Assembly (NCBI GenBank): GCA_963828525.1 | Contig: CAWHEP010000008.1 | Coordinates: forward strand, 352,001-416,000 | Length of the DNA stretch: 64,000 nucleotides | Origin: an uncultured Verrucomicrobiae bacterium | GTDB lineage: Bacteria > Verrucomicrobiota > Verrucomicrobiia > Chthoniobacterales > Chthoniobacteraceae | Direction of reading: 5' to 3' | Part shown: one piece after another, positions 1 to 10,212 of the stretch | How the letters are laid out: the number at the start of each line of letters is the position of its first letter | How positions within the stretch are numbered: the first letter of the stretch is position 1 | Program-made: the position numbers and the translations under genes | Notes under the pieces: generated by a model | Told to the model about the DNA's origin: nothing | Seen by the model: the letters and a program-made list of their open reading frames with translations, nothing else | The model's database searches: none

Positions 1-211
1 ACGGTGATGAACGAGTCTGGACCGTTTCCATCTGGTCATGGACACCATCGACCGCGTTGTCCTCACGGGCGAGCAGGGCGTCTACCTGAAGCAACAGCTT
101 CAGGACAAGCTCATCGAACACAAGCACTACATCCGCAAGCACGGGGAAGATTTGCCCGAGATTCGGAACTGGAAATGGACAACACCCGAAAGCCTTGCCC
201 ACGGAAAGTGA
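1..211 (+). CDS. xfp: Phosphoketolase (Xfp/Xpk family), C-terminal end, truncated by window edge
   Basis: Manual translation from nt 17: LDRFHLVMDTIDRVVLTGEQGVYLKQQLQDKLIEHKHYIRKHGEDLPEIRNWKW, the typical phosphoketolase C-terminus. TGA at 209-211; one indel near nt 16. Confidence 0.88.
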
Positions 212-236
212 GCGCGGAGTCTCGAACGACAAACTA

Positions 237-449
237 ATGGGCAAGAATCATCACCATCATCCTCCAAAGACGGGAGGGAACAACGCTCCACCCAATCATG
301 GCCCCTACTGGAAGCGCGCTCACACGGATTGGCGCTTCTGGATCGGCGCGCTCCTCATGTTACTGGCGATTTTCGTCTATGTAACCACGATGGATCTGGC
401 ATGGCGGCCCGGCCACAGTCCGCAACCACCTTTGCCGGCGGCACTTTAA
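237..449 (+). CDS. Small His-rich single-pass membrane protein (70 aa)
   Basis: ATG at 237; MGKNHHHHPPK...PYWKRAHTDWRFW followed by hydrophobic IGALLMLLAIFVYV. Co-oriented between xfp and the next gene. Confidence 0.65.
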   Translation: MGKNHHHHPPKTGGNNAPPNHGPYWKRAHTDWRFWIGALLMLLAIFVYVTTMDLAWRPGHSPQPPLPAAL

Positions 450-475
450 GGAAAGTCACAACGAGCCAAACAGTT

Positions 476-853
476 ATGAGTATCACACTAGGGGAGAATG
501 ACAGTGGCAAGTTGTTGGAGGTACAGGTTCCCGAAAAATCGGCCCGCGAGGATTGGCGCGCCTCCTTCCCAAGTTCGAGGAGATGGTGAAGAAGCACGGC
601 AAGATCCGTGTGTCGTTCGAGATGACGGATTTTCACGGCTGGGAAGCCTGCCGCGCTCTGGGATGACATCAAGTTCGACCTCAAGCATTTCTCCGACGTC
701 GAGCGGCTGGCTATGGTCGGAGACAAGCAATGGGAGAAACAAATGAGCTCCTTCTGCCGACCGTTCACCACGGCGACAATTCGATGCTTCGATGCCGCGC
801 AGGTCGAAAAGGCCCGCCGGTGGATCGCGGCGGCCTTAGTGAAGAGCCGGTAA
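476..853 (+). CDS. SpoIIAA-like (STAS/SEC14-type) protein, frameshifted
   Basis: Joined frames give MSITLGENDSGKLLEVQV...FLPKFEEMVKKHGKIRV.FEMTDFHGWE..ALWDDIKFDLKHFSDVERLAMVGDKQWEKQMSSFCRPFTTATIRCFD; TAA at 851-853. Confidence 0.8.
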
Positions 854-859
854 AGTGCA

Positions 860-2300
<1,441 letters not shown>

Positions 2301-2311
<11 letters not shown>

Positions 2312-2689
2312 ATTCTCCTGCCCTTCGAAGTCTTCGTCGATGAGACCGACGTCACGCGGATCGTCGCGGAGACCGGCGAGGGCTCGTTCGGTCTGCTGCC
2401 GCAGCGGCTCGATTGCGTGGCGGCGCTCACGCCTGGCATCCTCACTTACGAAACCGAAGCCAAAGGCGAGGTATTTCGTCGCCGTGGACGAAGGGGTCCT
2501 GGTGAAAACCGGACCGGATGTCCTCGTCTCCGTCCGCCGCGCAATCGGCGGACGGATCTCGGTCAACTGCGCGCATCGGTGGAGAAGGAATTTCTAACGC
2601 TGGATGAACAGGAGCAGAAGCGTACGCTCGTGATGGCCAAGATGGAAAGCGGATTTCTGCGTCGCTTCGCCACTTTTCGACATGAGTGA
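2301..2689 (+). CDS. atpC: N-ATPase epsilon subunit (frameshifted)
   Basis: MHLK.LLPFEVF..RIVAETGEGSFGLLPQRLDCVAALTPGILTY..FVAVDEGVLVKTGPDVLVSVRRA..MAKMESGFLRRF; directly after atpD. Confidence 0.9.
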
Positions 2690-3008
2690 CAAGCCGCCCA
2701 TCCCGAGAAGCGGAAACCCAAGTTTGTCGCGAGAGATCGGCGCCAAGGCCGCGCGTAAGCTCCGGGTGCGCGCGTCGCACGCAGGGCGTCTGGTTTGGGC
2801 TTGGGATGATCGGACTAATCGGTTGGTCGGTGGTCGGTGCCGACCTTGCTCGGCGCGGCCCTCGGCTCTGGCTGGACCAGCACCATCCGGGCAGCATTCC
2901 TGGACGCTGGCGCTGCTGATGCCGGACTGGTCTCGGCTGCTTGAATGCCTGGCACTGGGTCGCCAAGGAGGAAAAGGCGATGCGAGAGAACAGGAGGATG
3001 CAGCATGA
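2682..3008 (+). CDS. atpQ: N-ATPase AtpQ (AtpZ/AtpI family), frameshifted
   Basis: IGAKAARKL..QGVWFGLGMIGLIGWSVV..LWLDQHHPG..SWTLALL..CLNAWHWVAKE; position in operon. Confidence 0.8.
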   Translation: MSDKPPIPRSGNPSLSREIGAKAARKLRVRASHAGRLVWAWDDRTNRLVGGRCRPCSARPSALAGPAPSGQHSWTLALLMPDWSRLLECLALGRQGGKGDAREQEDAA

Positions 3009-3301
3009 ATGAAACTTCTGGCTTGCTGCTGGCCTCTGGCGGGCATGGTGCTCGGCGGCATCTTCTTCGGCGGCCTCTGGTGGACGGTGCGCCAGGGCGT
3101 GTCTTCACCGCAGCCCGCGCTCTGGTTCTCGGCAGCTTGCTTGCTGCGGATGGGCGTTGCGCTCTGGTCGGCTTTTATTTCGTCGCGCAGGGCGAATTGG
3201 CGACGGCTGCTGGTCGTGCCTGCTGGGTTTTCATGGCGCGCGTCGCTGTCATGGTCACGCGGCTGAGCCGGTCCACGAAAGGAGGTCATCATGCACCTTA
3301 G
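3005..3301 (+). CDS. atpR: N-ATPase AtpR subunit, frameshifted
   Basis: AGMVLGGIFFGGLWWTVRQGVSSPQPALWF..LLRMG, typical of AtpR; lies between atpQ and atpB. Confidence 0.8.
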   Translation: MNETSGLLLASGGHGARRHLLRRPLVDGAPGRVFTAARALVLGSLLAADGRCALVGFYFVAQGELATAAGRACWVFMARVAVMVTRLSRSTKGGHHAP

Positions 3302-4036
3302 TCCTGACGAACTGATTTTCTGGCAGCATGGCTTTTTCAAACTGAACGCCACCATTGTCTTTACGTGGGGCCTGATGCTCGTCCTCGCCGTCGGCTCGAA
3401 GCTGATCACCCGCAGGCTATCCGACGGACCACGAGCGTCTCGCGCTGGCAGAATCTGCTGGAAATCGTGGTGACGGCGATCGAGAAACAAATCAAGAGGT
3501 CGGGCCTCGACCATCCGGAAGAAGTATCTCGGCTTTCTCGGCACGCTCTTCCTCTTCGTCGCGTCGCGGCAGTCTTTGTACGGTGCTTCCCGGTTATCGA
3601 GCCGCCGACCGGCTCGCTCTCCACGACCGCGGCGCTGGCGCTCTGCGTCTTTGTGGCCGTGCCGTTCTTTGGCATCGGGACAAGGCATGCGGCGGATACC
3701 TGAAAACCTATATGGAGCCGACAGTCATCATGCTGCCGTTTAATATCATCAGCGAGCTCTCGCGGACCCTGGCGCTCGCCGTGCGCCTGTTCGGCAACAT
3801 GATGAGCGGCGCGATGATCATCGCGATTTTGCTGACGATCACGCCGTTCATTTTCCCGATCGTGATGACCGCTGCTCGGCCTGCTCACCGGCATGGTGCA
3901 GGCCTATATCTTCAGCATTCTGGCGGCGGTCTATATCGCGGCGGCGACCCGCGGCCGAAAACCCGAGCCGACGCCGGCGCCGGCGTCTCGAAACACGAAC
4001 TACCGAATCGAAGGACAGTATTTATGGATAGCATAA
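3291..4036 (+). CDS. atpB: N-ATPase a subunit (frameshifted; end approximate)
   Basis: MHLSPDELIFWQ.., EPPTGSLSTTAALA, PFNIISELSRTLALAVRLFGNMMSG with the conserved Arg, VQAYIFSILAAVYI. GGAGG RBS upstream. Confidence 0.92.
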
Positions 4037-4305
4037 CCCTCATCGCCGTCGCCTCCATCGTCACCGCCGGCCTCACCACCGGCATCGGCTGCATGTGCCC
4101 GGCGCTCGGCGAAGGCCGTTCGGTGGCGACCGCGCTTACCGCGCTGGCGCAACAGCCCGACGCCTCCGCTACCATCACGCGCACCCTTTTCGTGGGTCTG
4201 GCCATGATCGAATCGACCGCGATCTATTGTTTCGTGGTCTCGATGATTCTGATCTTTGCCAACCCGTTCTGGAATCACGTCGTCGCCGCCACGGCGGGCA
4301 AGTAG
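4024..4305 (+). CDS. atpE: N-ATPase c subunit (93 aa)
   Basis: Intact hairpin: PALGEGR..AQQPD loop..GLAMIESTAIY..ANPFWN. Glu in both helices. Confidence 0.95.
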   Translation: MDSITLIAVASIVTAGLTTGIGCMCPALGEGRSVATALTALAQQPDASATITRTLFVGLAMIESTAIYCFVVSMILIFANPFWNHVVAATAGK

Positions 4306-4308
4306 CCC

Positions 4309-5094
4309 ATGCTCATCGACTGGTTCACCGTTGGCGCGCAGGCGCTCAACTTTCTCCTCCTCATCTGGTTGATGAAGCGGTATCTCTATAAGCCCATTCT
4401 CCACGCAATCGAGGCCCGGGAAGCGAAGATCGCCGCGGAGTTGGCGGAGGCCGAGACCAAAAAAGCGGAGGCCCAAAAACAGCGCGACGAGTTTCAATAT
4501 AAGAACGAGGAGTTCGACAGAGCAACGCGCGGCGCTCTGAGCAAAGGCGACGGAGGACGCAGGGAAGGAAGGGCGTCGCCTCCTTGAGGAGGCCGCCAGA
4601 GCGGCGGACGCAGTGAGCGCGAAGCGCGCAGGACGCGCTGCGCGAAGACGCGCGGAACTTAAGCTCAGCAATCATCACGCCGGACGCAGCAGGAAGTTTT
4701 GCCATCGCGCGCAAGACACTGGCTGACCTCGCCACCGCCAGTCTCGAAGAGCGCGTGGGCGCCGTCTTCATGCGCCGCTTGCGCGATCATCGACGGCTCC
4801 GCAAAAGCTGGGCTTACCAAGGCGCTCAAGACTGCCTCCGAACCCGCGATGGTGCGCAGCGCGTTTGACTTGCCGGCTGAGCAAAGGGCGGCGATTCAAA
4901 ATGCGCTCAACGAAACATTCTCTGTCGACCTGCACCTGCGCTTCGAAACCGCGCCGGATCTGATCGGCGGGATCGAACTCAGCGCGAACGGACAAAAGGT
5001 CGCGTGGAGCATTTCCGACTATCTCGAAGCTCATGGAGAAAGGCGTCGCCGAGATTCTGGGCCATTCGAAGCGGGACCAGTCACCGCGTCATGA
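4309..5094 (+). CDS. atpF: N-ATPase b subunit with delta-like C-terminal extension (frameshifted)
   Basis: MLIDWFTVGAQALNFLLLIWLMKRYLYKPIL..; C-terminal VRSAFDLP..FETAPDLIGGIELSANGQKVAWSISDYL. No separate atpH in the operon. Confidence 0.9.
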
Positions 5095-6653
5095 CCAGCG
5101 CGCCCGAAGACTTGAAGAGCCTCTTCGATCGTGCTTTTCGCGGGCATCGGACAGGCGAGCGCACACTTCGACGCGCCAATGCTCCCGCGTGAAGTCGGCA
5201 CGATCACCAGCATCGCCACCGGCATCGCCAAAGTGTCCGGTCTGCCCGGTGTGGGTTTCGAGGAGTTGGTACAGTTTCCCGGCGGCGTCTTTGGCATCGC
5301 CTTCAATGTCGATGAAGACGAAATCGGTGTCGTCCTGCTCGGCGAGTATTCGCATCTGCACGCCGGCGATGAGGTCGACGCGAACCGGCCGGGTCATGGA
5401 TGTCGCCGTCGGCGACGCTCTCCTGGGCCGTGTGATCGATCCTCTCGGCCGGCCGCTTGATGGCACGGACCGGTGGTCGCGAGCGCGCGCTTGCCCACGG
5501 AGCGCCCGTCCGCTCCCATCATGGATCGCGCGCCCGTGACGGTGCCTCTCCAGACTGGGCTCAAGGTCATTGACGCGCTCATTCCCGTCGGCCGCGGCCA
5601 GCGCGAGCTGATTCTCGGCGACCGGCAAACGGGCAAGACGGCCATCGCGCTCGACACCATCCTGAACCAGCGCGGTCAGAATGTTCTCTGTGTCTATTGC
5701 GCCATCGGCCAGCGCGCCTCGCGCCGTGGCGAAGGCGGTGGCCACTTTGCGGGAGAAGGGCGCGATGGATTACACCGTGGTCGTTGTGAGCGAGGGCAAT
5801 GATCCGCCCGGCCTGGCCTACGTCGCGCCCTACGCCGCCACGAGCATCGCCGAGTACTTCATGGAGGCCGGCCGCGACGTGTTGATCGTTTACGACGATC
5901 TCACTCAGCATGCCCGCGCCTACCGCGAGCTCTCGCTCCTGCTCCGCCGCCCGCCCGGCCGCGAGGCTTTTCCCGGCGACATCTTCTATATTCACTCGCG
6001 GTTGCTGGAGCGGGCGACACATCTGAGCCGGAGCGGGCGGCGGTTCGCTGACGGCGCTGCCGATCATCGAGACCGAGGCGCAGAATATTTCCGCCTACAT
6101 CCCGACCAACCTGATTTCCATCACGGATGGGCAGATCTACCTTTCGCCCTCGCTTTTTGAATTGGGAGTGCTGCCCGCGGTCGATGTCGGCAAATCCGTT
6201 TCGCGCGTCGGCGGAAAGGCGCAGCGCGCGGCTTACCGGGCGGTGGCGGGCGATCTGAAGCTCGCCTACGCGCAGTTCGAGGAACTGGAAACCTTCGCCC
6301 GCTTTGGTGCGCGACTCGACGACGACACGCGCCAGATCATCGAGCACGGGAAACGCATCCGCGCCTGTCTCAAGCAGCCGCAGTTTACGCCCGTCTCCGT
6401 CCCCGCGCAGATTGCCACCCTGCTCGCGTTGACCGCGGAGCTGTTCGACTCGGTGCCGATGGAAAAAATGACGGAGGCGGAGCAAGCCGTGCAGGAGGCG
6501 GCCAGGAAGATTTCCAAGCAAATTGCCACGCGCTTCGAGACAGCCGACAAACTGAGCGACGAAGACCGGCAAGCGATCGTCGAGATTGCGCGCCAGGCCC
6601 TGGTCCCCTTCCAACCGAAACCGACGGCGGCCCAAAGGAACACTCATGAGTGA
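5091..6653 (+). CDS. atpA: N-ATPase alpha subunit (frameshifted)
   Basis: [60 protein letters not shown]. Confidence 0.95.
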
Positions 6654-7586
6654 CTCAATCGCCGCTCTGCGCCGCAAGATCAGTAGTGCCGGTGATCTCC
6701 AATCCGTCGTCCGCACGATGAAGGCTTTGGCCGCGTCGAGCATCGGACAATACGAAAAATCGGTGCGCGCCCTGGGCGACTACTATCACACCGTAGAGCT
6801 GGGCTTGGGCGCCTGTCTCCGCCAGACGGCCCCCGCCGGCGCGGTCCCTCTGCCGCCCGCCGAGTCCGACGCCTCTCCAATTGGAGCCATCGTGTTCGGC
6901 TCCGACCAGGGGTTGGTCGGCCAGTTCAATGACATCGTCGCGGACTATGCGATCAAGACGCTGGCCGCGCTGTCGGGCGAAGCGCGCGTCTGGGCCGTGG
7001 GCGAGCGCGTCCACGCCCGCTTGGCGGATGCCGGCCTGTCGATGCTGGGGCTCTTCGCGGTGCCCAATTCTGTGCAGGCCATCGCGCCGCTCGTCGGTCG
7101 AATCCAGATCGAAAGCGAAGCGCGCCGCGTGGATGGTAGCTACGCCGCGTCTATGTTTTCCATAATCGCCCGCGATCCGGGGCGCTGTACGATCCGGTCG
7201 GCCAGCGGTTGTTGCCGTTGGACGCCAAATGGCAGCAAGGTCTGGCCCAAGTCGCCTGGCCGACCAAACTCCCGCCGGAAGTCCTGGGAGGCGGCGCCGC
7301 GACGCTCCGCGCCCTCATTCGTGAATACCTTTTCATCTCGCTCTTCCGGGCCTGCGCCGAATCTCTCGCCAGCGAAAACGCCAGCCGGCTCGCCGCGATG
7401 CAGCGCGCCGACAAGAACATCAACGACCTGCTCGCGACGCTCCAGGGCACCTTCCACCGCCTGCGCCAGACCTCGATCGACGAGGAACTCTTCGACGTGA
7501 TCTCCGGCTACGAAGCCTTGGAAAAGACGGCGGCGCGAGGGGCGAGAAGCAGCTCGGGGGCGGTGGCGAATGAGCGAAGATCATGA
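6646..7586 (+). CDS. atpG: N-ATPase gamma subunit (one frameshift near 7145)
   Basis: [59 protein letters not shown]. Confidence 0.93.
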
Positions 7587-7850
7587 TCGGAATCTCGCTC
7601 TATCCAGTGCGTTTCGCGCAGATCGTTCAATATCGCGTCTGGGGTGGCCGACGCCTGGCCGACTGGCTCACCGCGCCGCTGCCGGACGACGGACCGATCG
7701 GGGAAGCGGGGCTTCTGGGCGACCGGGCGGATCATGCCAGCCCTGTTGCCATGGCCCTCTCGCGGGGCGGACCATTACGCAACTCATGGCGCAGGCTCCC
7801 GAACTGTTGCCCGGAAAGGCGTGGCGCTTTGCTCGCCTCCAGTTTTGAAA
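7583..7850 (+). pseudogene. N-terminal fragment of a class I mannose-6-phosphate isomerase-like cupin
   Basis: LYPVRFAQIVQYRVWGGRRLADWLTAPLPDDGPIGEA..DHASPVA..GPLAGRTITQL resembles the WGG..L/IGEAW start of type I PMI. Only about 85 codons; start overlaps the atpG stop. Confidence 0.65.
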
Positions 7851-7886
7851 AACCCCGGTGCCGGTAGAGACGCGTCGCGGGACTTT

Positions 7887-8004
7887 AATCTAAAAGTAGA
7901 TTTACGAGATCTAGCGCGAGGTCAACGGGCGCCATCGCGCCGAACACGCGCTGGAATGACGACTATGTAAACAATAATGGACAATAAATTTTAAGATTTT
8001 GTCC
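7887..8004. promoter_or_regulatory. Two AT-rich palindromic sites (possible orphan operators)
   Basis: AATCTA-AAAG-TAGATT at 7887-7902 and GGACAA-N14-TTGTCC at 7979-8004, inside an AT-rich patch. Confidence 0.35.
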
Positions 8005-8059
8005 TTCAGAGAAAGTTTATCGAATTGCAACCCCAACCGGCTCAGCAACTGGCCCGCCG

Positions 8060-8177
8060 CGCTCCGCAATGTCGTCCGCGACGCCCTCGCAAGCAGCTTG
8101 CGGCGCTCTGCCTCGGCGATCGGTCCCCAAGCTGACTGGTAAGTCTTCCACGTCTTCAGGCATGCTTCGTCATTCAT
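8060..8177 (-). pseudogene. Fragment of a SnoaL-like/NTF2-fold small protein
   Basis: MNDEACLKTWKTYQSAWGPIAEAERRKLLA resembles SnoaL-like N-termini (Y..AW....ERR.LL). Similarity is lost after about 35 codons; lies just downstream of the SDR. Confidence 0.4.
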
Positions 8178-8197
8178 CGCTTTTTCTGCTGGTATGG

Positions 8198-8947
8198 TTA
8201 CATCTTCGCCATCTGCTTGAGCATGAACGCCGGCGCGACCCGGCTCATCAGCTTCAGCACGTTGGCGACGCCGGGGCGGATTTCCAACTTGCCCGCCTCG
8301 ATCCCGGCAATGGCTTTCTTAACCAGCGCGGTCACGTCCATCGGCTTCGGACCCTTCGTCTCCCGCGGCGTCACGCCCCGAAACAGCGCCGTCTCGGTGC
8401 CGGGCGGGGCCAGTTCGACGACCGTTACCCTCGTGTCCCGCAACTGCACGCGCAGCGACTGCGTGTACGAGTGCAAAGCGGCCTTGCTGGCGCAGTAAAC
8501 CGGCGACACGGGCAGGGGAACAAAGGCCAGCCCCGAGGAAACGTTGACGATCAGCGCGCCGGGACGGGTTTTCAGATGCGGCAGGAATTGCTGAATCATC
8601 TGGAGCGGTCCGCGCAGGTTGATGTCGATCTCCCGGGTGACGTCGGCCAGATCGCGCGGCTGGTGGAGGTTCAGGCTGCGCATGATCCCGGCGTTGTTGA
8701 TCAGAGTGTCCAGGGCCGGGAAACGCGCCAGGACCTCCGCATGCAGCGCGGCCACGGCGGCGGGATCGCTGACGTCGCTCTGAAAGGGGTGCGCACCGGG
8801 TAGCGCCTGCCGGCCGGCTTCGAGTTTCTCCGGGTCGCGACCCGTGAGCAGGATCGTGTTGCCGCGCGGCAGGAGCTGCCGGGCGAGTTCCAGGCCGATG
8901 CCGCTGGCCCCGCCGGTGATGAGGATCGTTTTATTCGAGAGTTTCAT
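8198..8947 (-). CDS. SDR family oxidoreductase (DltE-like)
   Basis: TGGASGIG, NNAG, YCASK motifs; intact 249 aa. Confidence 0.93.
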   Translation of the reverse strand: MKLSNKTILITGGASGIGLELARQLLPRGNTILLTGRDPEKLEAGRQALPGAHPFQSDVSDPAAVAALHAEVLARFPALDTLINNAGIMRSLNLHQPRDLADVTREIDINLRGPLQMIQQFLPHLKTRPGALIVNVSSGLAFVPLPVSPVYCASKAALHSYTQSLRVQLRDTRVTVVELAPPGTETALFRGVTPRETKGPKPMDVTALVKKAIAGIEAGKLEIRPGVANVLKLMSRVAPAFMLKQMAKM

Positions 8948-8985
8948 GGTTCGTGATCGCGTCTGGTGGATGGAGGGACGCGCTT

Positions 8986-9023
8986 ATGTTGCCAGTCGGA
9001 AACAATGTTGTCAAAGGAAACAT
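8986..9023. promoter_or_regulatory. Tandem imperfect palindromes, putative TetR operator
   Basis: ATGTT-GCCAGTCGGA-AACAA and ATGTT-GTCAAAGGA-AACAT back-to-back between the divergent SDR and TetR genes. Confidence 0.55.
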
Positions 9024-9061
9024 TCGCCGAGCTTCCTCGTCCCTCATGTAAACTGGCGCGC

Positions 9062-9665
9062 ATGGAACCGCGCCCCCGTCCCTACCATCACGGCAACCTG
9101 CGAGAAGCGCTCCTGGATGCCGCGGAGCGCACCGTGGAGGCGGCGGGCGCGGGCCGCCTGACCCTGCGCGAACTCAGCCGGCAGTTGGGCGTCAGCCACA
9201 CCTCGCCGCGCCGCCATTTCGCCGACAAGCAGGCGCTGCTCGATGCCCTCGCGCAACGCGGCTTTGAACGGTTTGGCGTCTTCATGGCCCGCGCGGCCAG
9301 GGACCGTGGCCAGAGTTTCGACGAACGGCTGACCCAACTGGCTCGCGCCCACGTCCGCTTCGCTTTGCAGCATCCGTTTCTTGTTCGGCTTGATGCTGGA
9401 GGCGAAACATCGCCCGGACCCGCCCGCCGGCTTGTTGGAGGCGAGTGAACGAGCCCTCTCGAGCGCCGCGGACATCTTCACCGCCGGCCAGCAGCGGGGC
9501 GAGGTGATTCCCGGCGATCCCGCCCGCATCGGGCTGGTCGCCTTTGCGGCGACGCAGGGACTGATCTCCGTCTCGACCAATGGTAAGTTCAAGAAAATCC
9601 CCCTGGATGCCCTGGTCGGCGAGGTCATCGAACGCCTCATCCTGGGATTACGTCCCCGCCCTTGA
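9062..9665 (+). CDS. TetR/AcrR family regulator (frameshift near 9380)
   Basis: PYHHGNLREALLDAA..LTLRELSRQLGVSHTSPRRHFADKQALL HTH; C-terminal half in ORF 9381-9665. Confidence 0.9.
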
Positions 9666-9962
9666 AGATGCCTTCCATGGCACCACTCCGGGGGCGATGG
9701 CACTGCCGGGGCGTTGCGTCGACGGTCCGAGAATGCGCGCCCTTTCGTGGATCGCAGACATCCCAGGAGGCGCTCTGTGCGATCCCCCAAGCGCGCCGTC
9801 GAGCGGTGCCGCTTCGATGGCTTGCAGGCGCTTGCGTTGCTCCGTCCCCCGCTCAATGCCAACAGTGCGATTGCGGCGCGGCCCGCGCGCGCAGGTTGTG
9901 GCCCAAGGGGCCGAGCAGGACGCGGTAGGTGAGCGCGCACCCGGTTGCGGAGTAAGCAGCCG

Positions 9963-10074
9963 CTACTGCCTTCGCCCCGGCCAAGTGGGTGGTCTTGTCC
10001 AGAAGGTGTCACCGCCCGCAATACCAGCACCAAAAGACGTTATCCAGCAGGTTCAGAAGGCGCGACGCCTTCAT
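9963..10074 (-). pseudogene. Diverged second copy of the Gfo/Idh/MocA 3' end (or a 37-aa micro-ORF with a 2-nt indel)
   Basis: Reads MKASRLLNLLDNVFWCWYCGR / GDTFWTRPPTWPGRRQ*, versus MDHVLSGYYGGRGDAFWTRPASWPGRRK* ending at 12922. 41/51 nt identical by manual alignment. Confidence 0.75.
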
Positions 10075-10212
10075 CGGGGAAAAGACCCGCGCGGGCGACT
10101 TTCGCGCTGAACCGCCAAGGCCACGCGAATCGACGATTGGAAGCGCGGCCATGATCGTAATTTGCGCTCGCGTGGCGCAGCTCAGGGCGCTATCGTAACG
10201 AGACCCCTCGGG

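Noticed and set aside
10009..10074. MKASRLLNLLDNVFWCWYCGR as a Trp/Cys attenuator leader peptide
   Set aside because: No biosynthetic operon or terminator follows; it is better explained as homologous to the Gfo/Idh/MocA C-terminus.
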